A DNA stretch of 63,321 nt, filler included, from Collodictyon triciliatum (Eukaryota): assembly GCA_043381765.1 (NCBI GenBank). It is 5 parts of 5 records of this genome, joined end to end, with 100 filler letters (N's around TTAATTAATTAA, not from the genome) between each part and the next. Parts side by side here need not be neighbours in the genome. Positions count along the whole stretch, not along the records: positions 1 to 18,425 come from JBHJMP010001370.1; positions 18,526 to 36,942 come from JBHJMP010001374.1; positions 37,043 to 55,432 come from JBHJMP010001375.1; 2 more parts are not named here. One strand, 5' to 3'. Below the pieces are notes generated by a model, which was given only the letters and a program-made list of their open reading frames with translations, was not told the origin of the DNA and did no database searches. Shown here one piece after another: positions 12,652 to 41,554 of this stretch (its first letter is position 1; each line of letters starts with the position of its first letter). A program made the translations under genes and the position numbers.

Positions 12652-15600
12652 AGCAAAATAAATGCAACCCAGGACATAACAAAAAAAGCAAATGATTCAC
12701 TCTGTGTGATATCGACCATATAATATTTTGTGTTCGCTTGACTGCGGCACGTGAAAAAAGAGAACGAGTATGGGTCGTATGTTATGCCATCTCGCCTATT
12801 AGTGTACATCCAGAACAACAACATGTCTTTTGGTATATGCCCAGTGATAGTTGGCATTCAGTAGTGTCCATTCAGTCGTGTGCTCCATCAAGGCGGATTG
12901 AACACGGTTCTGTTATATTCATAAATATAAAGCCTCTGGAAACGCATACTATTTTTCTTACTCTCTACTTTTTTGTATCATAAATATTTGTGTGCAACGC
13001 GACTGGACAAATAACGATAAAGCAAAAATTAAAAAAAAAGAATATTTGACTCTGCTTTTGCTTTACACTCCTGCAAAAAACACGTCTGATATGCTTTGCT
13101 TCTTTGTTAATCACTTGAATTTCTTTTTTACTCTTGTTTTTAGGTCATAGAGCTGATAGTTGTTTGACGCTATAATCCGCCCTTTCTTTACCAATATATA
13201 TATATTAATGCGTGATTTCATTTGGTGTTTTTTCTACAGTGTTATGCTGAGAAAGCAAATCCGTAGAAACCGTTTTTACCTGCGGGCGCACAACTTTTAC
13301 ACAGGCTAATTTTGAAAGTTTTTTTTAGTTTTTATTTTGATTAATGCAGATGCTAACGTTTATAATGATGAATAGGTTAATAACTAAATATTGTTTTCAA
13401 TATGTATAGACACAGTAACATGAAAATTTTTCATAGGCTGCCAACTTATATGACTTTTTGGAGGGTGCTTACTGTATGGATAGGTTGGTTTCTTCGTATC
13501 GAGGATTTTATACATGTATAATCTGATTTACCTTTTTAATACCCATTCGGACTTGATACTATATATAAGCAACATGTTACAATCAACATATCAATATACT
13601 TTTTCATGACAAAAATTAATCAAATATAAGTAAAAATTAAAAAATTCTCGTAATAAATCAATTTGAACAGGATATTGCCAATACTGTCAGTAGCTCTTTA
13701 TAATTATGAAATAAATATTTGATTGCTTTCATAAGTATGCAAACGATAAAGAATGCAAACAGTGCAAGACTCTCATACATCTATGAGATATTAGTTGTAA
13801 AGTTATGAATCAGGTTATCGAGCAATATCAATACATTACTTACCAAATAAACACAGCATACATTTTTAATATGTTCATACAATTTTTTTAATTATGTGTC
13901 ATGGCTAGTGTATTGTTGGCTTTGTATATGTAATCATTGTATGTTGAATAATCAAAATACAGTCCCTATGACGCTGGAATATCGATACTGTTGTTCACTC
14001 AAAAATTATTAATAAATCAACACTCCATGATGCACGCTAACTGTGACGTTGACCATGAAGTCCAGACCACTGCGTAAAGGCTTGACTTTGTAAATTATTT
14101 TCTCTCTTTTTAAATTTGAGTAAGCCTCGATTGTTTGACCTGACATAGTAATATATTATTGATGCATTTAAAATCATACACATAATCGATATGATTACTG
14201 TGATACCAGAAAACTAATGCAAATCAGCAAAAGAACGTTTGTAGTTATGAGACCCTGAAGAGAAACCAAGCCGACATAAAAACCCAAGAGAGCTGTGTTA
14301 CTGTCATATGATATTTCTTGGGACGCTAATCTTACAAATAAATCGAAGAAATCAAAATCATATGAAACCTATCTCATAAAGTACGAGCACATACATCAAA
14401 AATGGAATGATAAACCTTTAGAAATAGTTATCCTAACAAATAAAAACTGTAAACAAAAAATAAAACAAAAAATAGGGAATCCACCAAAACATCATCGCTA
14501 ATTAAATACCTTGCACACGACATAAAACCATAGACAAATTACATCTCAAACTTCCAGAATATTTTTCTGGTATAATTGCGAATAATTGTAAGATTGTACC
14601 AACCACAGCATAACAAAGTATAAAAAAATCCCTGTGTTTTTGTTTTAAATTTCAATCCCTTGCTCAACCGCACCACTTATTGTAGTTATATATCATAGTC
14701 TTTATTTAAATGACACTCGCGTTGGAGAATATAATAACCGTCTGACATATACAGGGAATAAAACTCCTTGAAATCGTTTTTTAAGATAACTGCCATGTGC
14801 GTACTTTCATCGACCCGACAATTTTATCCGCCCTTCTGTCAGTCTGGAACACAATATGAACCCGTGTTGGATTTTTTTATTTACAACAGGATAAGATGTT
14901 GGCGCCCGTGCCTACAATCTTCAAACCATGTTTAATTTAACCCACTTCAGGAAGAAAAGTCTGAGTGTAAAAACACTTTGCTTCCTTTTTATTTCACCAA
15001 CCGGTTTATCTTTTCTTAAATTCCTATTCATCTCTTTCTATTCATATTTTATTTTTTAAAAAACAAAAAAATCCAAATACATAAAGTTCAAGTTTTCCAC
15101 TGTCTCATCCGTATCTCGTGTTTGTCTTAGAGGCGAAGGCAGCACCTCGACTTTGTTTTCTATTAGTAAATAGTTGAAATGAAATCAAGAAAAAACTAAA
15201 AACTGCTACGTTGAATCAATTAAAAGCAACATAACTCATATATACAAAAACATTGTCATCGAATTTTTTTATCTCTTATAGAAGATGTTTGGTAAATCAT
15301 AAAAAAACCTTCAACGCATCACCACAAACTTATCGATTCGCTTGCACATTTGCAAGGAATATATTGAAAACACTTGCTATTTTTCGCTGGAATACCTCAA
15401 AAAATTGCGTATTTAAGGGAGCGGAGAGTATTTACTGATGTTCACAATATTGCCACCTTACTTGAGTGTGTATTTCTGTTTCTTAAAAACAAAGAATCTG
15501 AACTGTTCCTTTCAATATTTTTCTTATTTGAATATTTGTTTTGATAAAACTATTCTTTAAATTATTCTTGTTTGATACCACCATAAATACTTTTCTTGAC

Positions 15601-16419
15601 CGGGCTTCCTTCTCTTGGTGTTTATGCAAATCCAGTAAGTTTAAGTCAGTTTGAATTATTCACTTTTTTATTTATACAAAATAATTTTACATATTTTTTT
15701 GTTTGTTTTCGCTCCAGTAGCTAACAAGTATGTGAACAGATAGAAGAGCTGCATGTGGAGTCGCATCCCTCACAAATGTGCTAGTGATGTGAATAAATAG
15801 AGACATCACAAACAGAATAAGGACAGCGTCATGCAAAATTCCTTAATATTATACTGCAACAACAGGTAGAAATATCGTCTATGCTTACACGCTCTGAAGC
15901 TTTATGAACATGTTTGCTGAAAATCATTAAATACATACATAAAAAACAACTTTAATATTTTACAAAAATATTACATTAATAATTTAACAACACTGCCGGT
16001 GCCTTACACGCTCAAAGAAAGTAGTAAAGTTGAAAAGGCCACGCAAATCCTACATCTTGAAGAAATTACAATGACACATATTTCATAAAAAAATATAATA
16101 AAATTATCATATTGAGAGCAAGTGACACACGCGCAAGAGTAGAATACTGTCCACACAGGTTGTGTAAAATATGATTTCTTAAATATAATTTAATAATAAA
16201 AAAAATAGCAAAATCTTCCATGAACACAATATATGCAAACAAAATCCAAATACCTTACAATATTTTTGCATAGGACGAAATATATGCCCTCCGCCCATGA
16301 AACACAGAACAGTGTACTGCAAATAATAATACTTTTAATAATTTTATATCCTTCGTTCAATTCAAAGTAAGGTTTTTTTTTTGCATTTTTCTACAGTGCG
16401 CCGTTGTTGTTGCACCTTG

Positions 16420-16680
16420 TTTGAACACAATGAACGCATCAAATTCGGGTCAAGGTAAGCTTGGTACGGGAGCTGGATTCTTGGTTCATCACTATGCACT
16501 CGGGAGTGTTGAGAAATATTAAAACTCTAAACGGCTGCAACTACCAAGGGCCCTGACATGGATTCAATCCGAGGCCAAACTTTCCCCGCCCCCCGGAGGC
16601 ATCCTATTGTCTTGTTTATTCATTCAAGATATATCGTAGCACACTGGAGATAATCTGAAGCACAGATATTTCAATGATGT
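16420..16680 (+). mobile_element. Degenerate LINE APE-endonuclease-like fragment (second copy)
   Basis: Translates as TGAGFLVHHYALGSVEKY*NSKRLQLPRALTWIQSEAKLSPPPGGILLSCLFIQDIS*, resembling the GxGxGFLV ... WI ... LxxxY pattern of retroelement endonucleases. Inverted diverged homolog at 9955-10150. Confidence 0.5.
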
Positions 16681-18425
16681 GTCATTTTTTTGGAGTGGAG
16701 TGAAAGATAAATATATATATTTTCTTAATCAAGTGAATTACGTTCCCGTTTGAAACTATGAAAGCTATTTTTCAGACTATTTCATGAGCGTGCATAGAGC
16801 TTTATCGGTGATGCAAGTTAAGTGCATGTCACAGACTAGCTCGTCTTTTGGCTTTTCGAGTGGGTCAAAGGCACAGTGCTTCAAGGATTCCAGATGTTGA
16901 ATTTTATGATTTAATATTAACCAATTATTTACGTATCAAATCATAAAAACATATGACACGCAAATGATAAAATACAAAAATAATAATATTTGCTTATTGA
17001 ACGTCGGTGACATTTACAAAATAGACTACTTATAGATTTTTAGCCTTTCATTAAAAAATTATACTTGCCTGCCTAAACTTTCTTAAAATATCTGGCTCAT
17101 TTGTTGTTTATTTGCCGTTCGTGTGGATCTAAATGTTGGTTATTCATGAAATATTTTTCATATGTAAAAAAAAAGTCACGCATAACCTATTTGTAAAAAA
17201 TATTATGATATGCATACCTGAATGATTTTACCTCAACAAAATTATGCATCCTGCCAACTTGCGTTATGAACAATAAAGCTCTTTTATTTTTAAGGCAGAT
17301 AATTAAATTGGCACAATATAATTGTTGATTAGATGATTTGCCTATTTTGTGGCGTATACAGACACTTTCTTGACGATGGGCACTTTTTAATGCAGGTTCA
17401 GGGCAAAATGGTCAAAAAACAGTCCAACATGAACCCTCATTTGATTGCGTAGTTTTCTCTTATTATTTTTTTTGTTAAAGCTCCAAATTTGAGTACCTAA
17501 AATGCAAAAAAAAAAAAACATATAATAAATTTACATATAATAACAACATATAATGATAAACAGTGGATAAAATTATAATTATCATTAATAGATTATTCAT
17601 TAATTGTGCATTAAATATGCATAAGCTAGCAAAACATAATATGAATAATCAATTCATATAAACTTAGACAGAAGCACGGTTGTCATCATTTAATTCAGTT
17701 TGCATTTTGCCATGCCGTAAAGATATCGCCCTTTCTCAACGTAGACGAGACACTTATTTTTTTGGCATGATTCTGAATGCTTCTTCCCTTGCATTGGAAA
17801 CATATGAACCCTTTTGTGACCTTACCACAGGTGTCTTTACCTGATTTTATATACTGTAAACGCGAATCAATCGCATTATATAAGATACTCACTGCCTTTT
17901 TACATTCATTTGAATTAGTTCTGTACACACTTGGCACCCAAACGACAGAATTTCATTTGAATTGCTGACGGCTGACATGATACAGCCAAAGCAAAATGTT
18001 TTTTGACCCGGTGGAACTGCAAAACTGTTGTATTACGTGACACATATGCCACAAACACTTTTGCTGAAGCATGCGTTGATTTCGACCTCTGTCACCTTTT
18101 TTATGTTCTCATTCTGTTTATTCGAAAGGCTTAGATTTGCACAGATATTTACAAGAAATTATGCCAAGTAAAAATAAAAATCCATAGATGCCATAATCCT
18201 GACCGGGGGCTTTTCGTCCATTTTTTCTTCGTGCGCAAAAATCTTATCTTGGCCAGTTGGCTTTTATGTCTGGGATATGACTTCTTAATCAAAACAATGC
18301 AAAATATGTAATATCTGATAAATGAATAGTAAGTGATGATAATTTTACCCCTCAGCGATGTGTTCTCATGATAACATGGCCATAGCAATCGCGCAGATGC
18401 CTTTTCGATATTCAACTCTTACTCT

Positions 18426-18525
18426 NNNNNNNNNNNNNNNNNNNNNNNNNNNNNNNNNNNNNNNNNNNNTTAATTAATTAANNNNNNNNNNNNNNNNNNN
18501 NNNNNNNNNNNNNNNNNNNNNNNNN
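18426..18525. other. Artificial contig linker (N44-TTAATTAATTAA-N44)
   Basis: 100-bp block with a 12-mer giving stops in all six frames. The same design recurs at 36943-37042, 55433-55532 and 60353-60452. Confidence 0.95.
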
Positions 18526-18557
18526 GTGTGTGTGTGGGTGTGTGTGTGTGTGTGTGG

Positions 18558-18619
<62 letters not shown>

Positions 18620-18712
18620 GAGAAAAATAAAGAAAAATAGAGAAGGCAGAAAGCTTCTATCGATTCAATCTTTGATAATCTTACGAAAGGCGATGCGAAA
18701 TAATGCAGAAAC

Positions 18713-36207
<17,495 letters not shown>

Positions 36208-36660
36208 ATGTTTTTCCTTCCCCTCAAATCCTTCCTATTGTTTTTGCATCTTTTAAAAAAAATTACCCTCCGAAAATTAAATGTTAGATGCTTAAGTTTA
36301 AAAATGTTGGTCGAAAAAAAAAAACTACCAAAGAAAAAAATAGGAAGAAAACTACCGTGGAACAGTTTCTCCTTTTATAAGAGATTTGTAGGTATAGAGT
36401 TATGTGTAGTGGGCGTGGGAAGGATAAAATTGGCAATGTGAGAAATAGGGGGACGCATATGTGAACATAAATAGAAGAAGGGGAAAAATATCGAGATGTG
36501 GAAGAGAACGAAATGAAATGAGATTTTTTGGAAGGGTCACAACTTACGAGTGCATCCTCGGAGACATGCTGGAACTTGTCCACAAAACCTCGATCGGCGA
36601 ATGACATGGCACACCCTCCAGTACTTTACCAAGAAGGGTAGCAATGAGCCTCAGCAATGT

Positions 36661-39232
36661 TCAAGAATGAAAGGGGATAACCGTAGAGCTTAAGAATGTG
36701 GAGGAAGACTCGTCCTTTGCTGATGGTGTGTGCTAATATTCTTCGTTGTAATTCTTTGTTGGTTTTTTATTGGTTTTTTTATTGGTTTTTTATTGGTTTT
36801 TTTATTGGTTTTTTTATTGGTTTTTTTATTGGTTTTTTATTGGTTTTTTTATTGGTTTTTTTATTGGTTTTTTATTGGTTTTTTATTGGTTTTTTATTGG
36901 TTTTTTATTGGTTTTTTTATTGGTTTTTTATTGGTTTTTTATNNNNNNNNNNNNNNNNNNNNNNNNNNNNNNNNNNNNNNNNNNNNTTAATTAATTAANN
37001 NNNNNNNNNNNNNNNNNNNNNNNNNNNNNNNNNNNNNNNNNNATGTATGTATGTATGTATGTATGTATGTATGTATGTATGTATGTATGTATGTGTGAAG
37101 GGGGTAGGGGGTAGAGGGGGGGGGGTTGAATATTACCTCTTTCCGTGTTAATGGGAATCCCAGCGGGTGAATCTTTTGGCTGTGATGATTTTCCGTCGCT
37201 ACATTTTAGAGTTAGACCCGACATCAGGTACTTCATACATGCAACTATTGGCTGATGAAATCTTGATTTTGGGAAAATTGGAAGCATTATATATTCATAC
37301 ATCGGATGAGATAATTGGATAGCACTGGGTCTCCTATTTTGTGTTTGTAGGTTGATGTTTGCTAAAGACGGATGTCTCCCTTCAAATAAAGATACACTGC
37401 GCTGATGAAGGTTTCTCTCTGAGGGTTTTGGTCTTTGATAAACATCAAAAGCCTTTTCATGAAGACCTTCACGAACTAAGCTTTGGAGAGCCGAAGGAAG
37501 AGTCTATAATTTTGATCATTTTACTTTTGTGATATGATTTGGTATGATGTGATATGGTATGATGTGATGTGTTGTGTTGTGTTGTGATTTCTTTATTGGT
37601 AGTCTCAATTTTAATACCAATTTTGCTTCAGATAATACCCAAATTTTAAGAATTTTGATATTCCTTTGAAATATAAAATAGGGCAGTTGTACGTTATGGC
37701 CGTTATGATGAGAGTCCGCAGATCGTAGCCAAAGGGTTGGAGTTCGATTAACCATGCGATATATTTGAAGATAAGGTATTTGCTTCCTACATATTTGTGT
37801 GTTCTCAAAGTTTTTGAAATGTATTTTTTCTGTATTAACAAAAAAAAAAAAAAAAAAGGTCTTATGCAGGCATGCTAAGGTTTACAAATGCTATGTTTCA
37901 AAAATACTGTGTGGACAATCAATAAAACATAGAAATCACACATTAGAGTTGTTTTCGTGAGCAACTCGTGCACAGGTATTTCCTCATGTCCATTAGAAAG
38001 TATCAGTTTGTCGGCGATGCTTTTTACATCGCTAATTATTAAAGAAGATTTGGATAAGTAAAATATTTCTCACAAGTTTTGAAACTTATTATATGATTAA
38101 GGGCATAGTTTTACTCTTAAATAATGTCCAAATGAAATTGGTGTATACCATTCATTTGGAAGAGCTATTAACACATTTCTCATAAATGATCCAATACTTG
38201 AAGTTGGCTCATAGGGGAAAAATGTGATGATATACCATTTGTCGTACTCAAAAACTAGCTGGATATCTGTTTCAATCCAATTACCCTGATACAAACAAAA
38301 CCATTTGATACATTCTTAGTGATCGAGGCAAACCCGCAATATGTGAAGCATAGTAAATTTACTTTAACATATTTTTATGGAGCCCATTTTTATGTTTACA
38401 TCCCAAGTCTTCGAATAGAATAAAGAGGAAAAATGGTTTCATACCAAATGTATTTTACATGAAATGGGCTATATTCACGAAAAAAATGCTTACGTTTGAG
38501 GTGTCAGCTTTCCTTTTTTCGAGCCCCCTGCTACACGTGTGTATAATTTAAATATTCACGGTTGCAATTATGATTATGATTATGATTATGATTATGATTA
38601 TGATTATGATTATGATTATGATTATGATTATGATTATGATTATTACGGAGAAAGTGGGCTGTCGTTAGCAGACAACGTAATTGGCGTATTTATAATTGGA
38701 GGTTCTTCCTGGAGAATCTAAAGTATACATTTATAATCTTTTGGCTTCTTAAACAAGAATATATAAAACTCACCCCAGGGTAACCTGAGACATGATCAAC
38801 AGGAGACATAGGATTCACAATCCCTTCGTCAAGATCTTCTGTATGTACTAGGGGATTGGATGTTTTATCTTCACCCTAGATGTAAGCGCTCGATTTTCAA
38901 GAGTTATTTTGGAAAGAGAAATAAAAAGAAAAGAAAAGAAAAGAAAAGAAAAGAAAAGAAAAGAAAAGAAAAAGAAAAGAAAAAGAAAAAGAAAATGAAA
39001 ATGAAAGGAAAGAAAAAGAAAAAGAAAAAGAAAAAGCAACATAAAACAAATATGCGGTTGTAGCATGGAGCCCTACACACCTCTTTTCTGGTGCAGAAAT
39101 CATTCGGGTTTCCATCTCTTCGTACTTCATCTGTCGTATCCACTAACCTTTCCTCCATAAACTCACTCTATGTCTGACGAATGCAGATCTTGTAAATGAT
39201 CGAAACGGGTTAAAACAAATGACTTCGCGCAT
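36661..39232 (-). CDS. Hypothetical multi-exon protein with no recognised domain
   Basis: Phase-compatible GT-AG exon chain from ~38830 to TGA at 36661-36663: EDLDEGIVNP..., ILQEEPPII..., GNWIETDIQLVFEYDKWY..., DVKSIADKLIL..., KQIPYLQIYR..., TLPSALQSL...NTER, AKDESS...FHS*. The 5' exons could not be joined unambiguously. Confidence 0.6.
36759..36942. repeat. (T6-7ATTGG)n 11-12 bp minisatellite in an intron
   Basis: Directly visible; runs into the linker gap. Confidence 0.95.
38568..38642. repeat. (TATGAT)n hexamer microsatellite in an intron
   Basis: Directly visible. Confidence 0.95.
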
Positions 39233-40039
39233 TGTTTTTCTTCTCCACTTCTTAAAACTACACTATCTATTTCATATTCTTTCCACGGTCCTTTCTTTAT
39301 GCCACTTGTTATTTTATTTACTTATTCATTTTAAGAGAAAATAAGTAAAAGCAAAGAGAGAGAGGGAGAAAAAAAAAGTTATTCCTCAAAGTCAGGTGCC
39401 TTCGAAGGGTATGTCCAATGCACCCGCAATCAGACAACTCTGCAGGTGTCAATCCCTTCTTTGTTTCCTCTAATCCGCCGATTACCGCGGCATCTGATCA
39501 TACGCAAATGGTCGTGCGAAAAGCAGCCAATTATTCCACATTTGTCCAGCATCGCCTCGGCCAGAAGATCAAACAGGGCGGGTCGATGCTCGATCAAAAA
39601 ATAGAATCAAGTTAAAGTGTAAAGAAAAGCCACGAATATTCATAATCATAATCATAATCATGATTGTAATCATTATCATTTTTTTATCCTTTATTCGATT
39701 CAAAGTAATCATAATCATAATCATTACCATTTTTTTCCTTTATTCGATTCGAAGTAATCATAATCATAATCATAATAAACCCTTTCTCTTTCTTCCCTGA
39801 TAACGCTTCATGTGGAAGACGAAGGTAGACCTGCAAACATATGTGAGCAAATAAACCCACATTCTTTTTTTTTTCCCCCTTTATTTGACTCAAGGGAGGG
39901 AAGGGGTTTTTTAGATTAAGGCACATACTTTAATTGTTTTTTTTTCCCCCTTTATTCGATTCAAATACTTTGATTGATTGTTAACCATTCGCTGATCACT
40001 CATATTCCAGTTTTCCACAAGTCTGAAGTTGTGAGGCTC

Positions 40040-41521
40040 ATGGTTCGTTCCTCGAGGCCATTGATGAGACCGACTCTTTTCGTCGTAGCAACTTTGATAC
40101 TAATCGCTGAGTTGGGCTCGATCGAATGCGCAGGTCTTTGCCTCTATCAATGTGGTTCAGCTTTTGACTTTTTCTATTTTTATTTTCTCTCTCCTTTCTT
40201 TTTCCTATATAACAGCCACCTGTTGCTTATAGAGCTGTCATTTAATGAATTACAGTTATCAATTGTTTTGTTAGCTTTATTTATATCATTGTCTTGATTT
40301 TTCTGTGATATATTTTTGGATAATTAATGCTTAAGTATTTACTATCTATTTATCTATGTTTCGTTCGGTTTCGCTCGTTTCCATAAACGTCTTAATGCTT
40401 GGGTTATATTATATTATGCTATTTATTTATTCATTTATCAATCCATTTTCTTAAAAAAAAAGTAGAAAATAACTATATATTGAATAAATTATCATTAGAA
40501 AATCTTCCAGTGGCCAACATCAATACAGAAGGTGAAATGCTACTGTACAAGTATGGAATTAGTTTCAAAGTATAATTTCTCACATGTCACCGATCTACAC
40601 ATTTACGCATCGCTCTCTATTCAAAATGTGATTCGTCCAGGATGGAACAGGACCCACAAGGCAACATCGATTCGTATGCTGAGATCAGTGAGCAAGATCG
40701 CCAAAAATATTTTTCATTTGATGATAAGACTTCGTGGAGTCAGAAACTAAAAAAACTTCGTGATTTTGAGATTGCAACCTATATCGACGTGAAACTTGTG
40801 GGTTTTCAGCAAGATGGAGAGGGAAATATTATGCTGGAAGAGGTGAATTGAATGTTTTTGCAAAAAATACTATCCCTCACCCGAAACATTCAATGATGTC
40901 ACTCTATTTTCCTCTTATTTGTATTTTCGCCTATATTTTAGCCCCTTAATGAGAAGAAAATGCGAATGGTTTTTTTTGTGGGGTACTTAACATGTATAAG
41001 TTTGCAAAAAAAATTTTAAAAAAAATGACTATCAAGGCGGATTTCAAGCGCTATTTTGATGTCACTGAAGAGTCTCCGCACATTCAAGTTTTAAATGAGG
41101 AGGTATTTTAATATCTCATTTTGGTCAGATGTGCAAAAATTCCTTAAGTGTATCACTTGTAATCAGCTTTCTACTCATTTATTTAAAATCATATTGGTGC
41201 AGAAAACCCATATGAAATCGATGAATATGAAAATGCAACCTTTTCATCAAGTCATGCACGCACGAAAGTCTCTAGCCAAGAATGTGCTTGACGAAATTAA
41301 CAAAAATATTGTAAGTGTATACGCATGGTTTGTATAGATTCAATCTACTGCTGAATACAAAAATATTCATTTATGTGAAGGTAAACCTGCCATCCGGACC
41401 GAGTGTACCTTACGAGACTGTTGATTCTGTCCTTGAAAAGGTATTAAGAATATGTGTATTTTTTCTTTTTTTTCTTTTTCTTTTTCTTTTCTTTTTCCTT
41501 TCTTTTCGTTTTCTTCTTTTT

Positions 41522-41554
<33 letters not shown>

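Noticed and set aside
18470-18481. TTAATTAATTAA palindrome recurring four times
   Set aside because: Always centred in a 100-bp N block, so it is an assembly linker.
36759-36942. Telomere-like T/G repeat
   Set aside because: Intronic, variable unit length, and matches no telomere unit I know.
39551-39572. Resemblance to the U2 snRNA 5' end (ATCGC..CTCGGCC..AAGATCAA)
   Set aside because: Lacks the GUAGUA branch-pairing motif and an Sm site.
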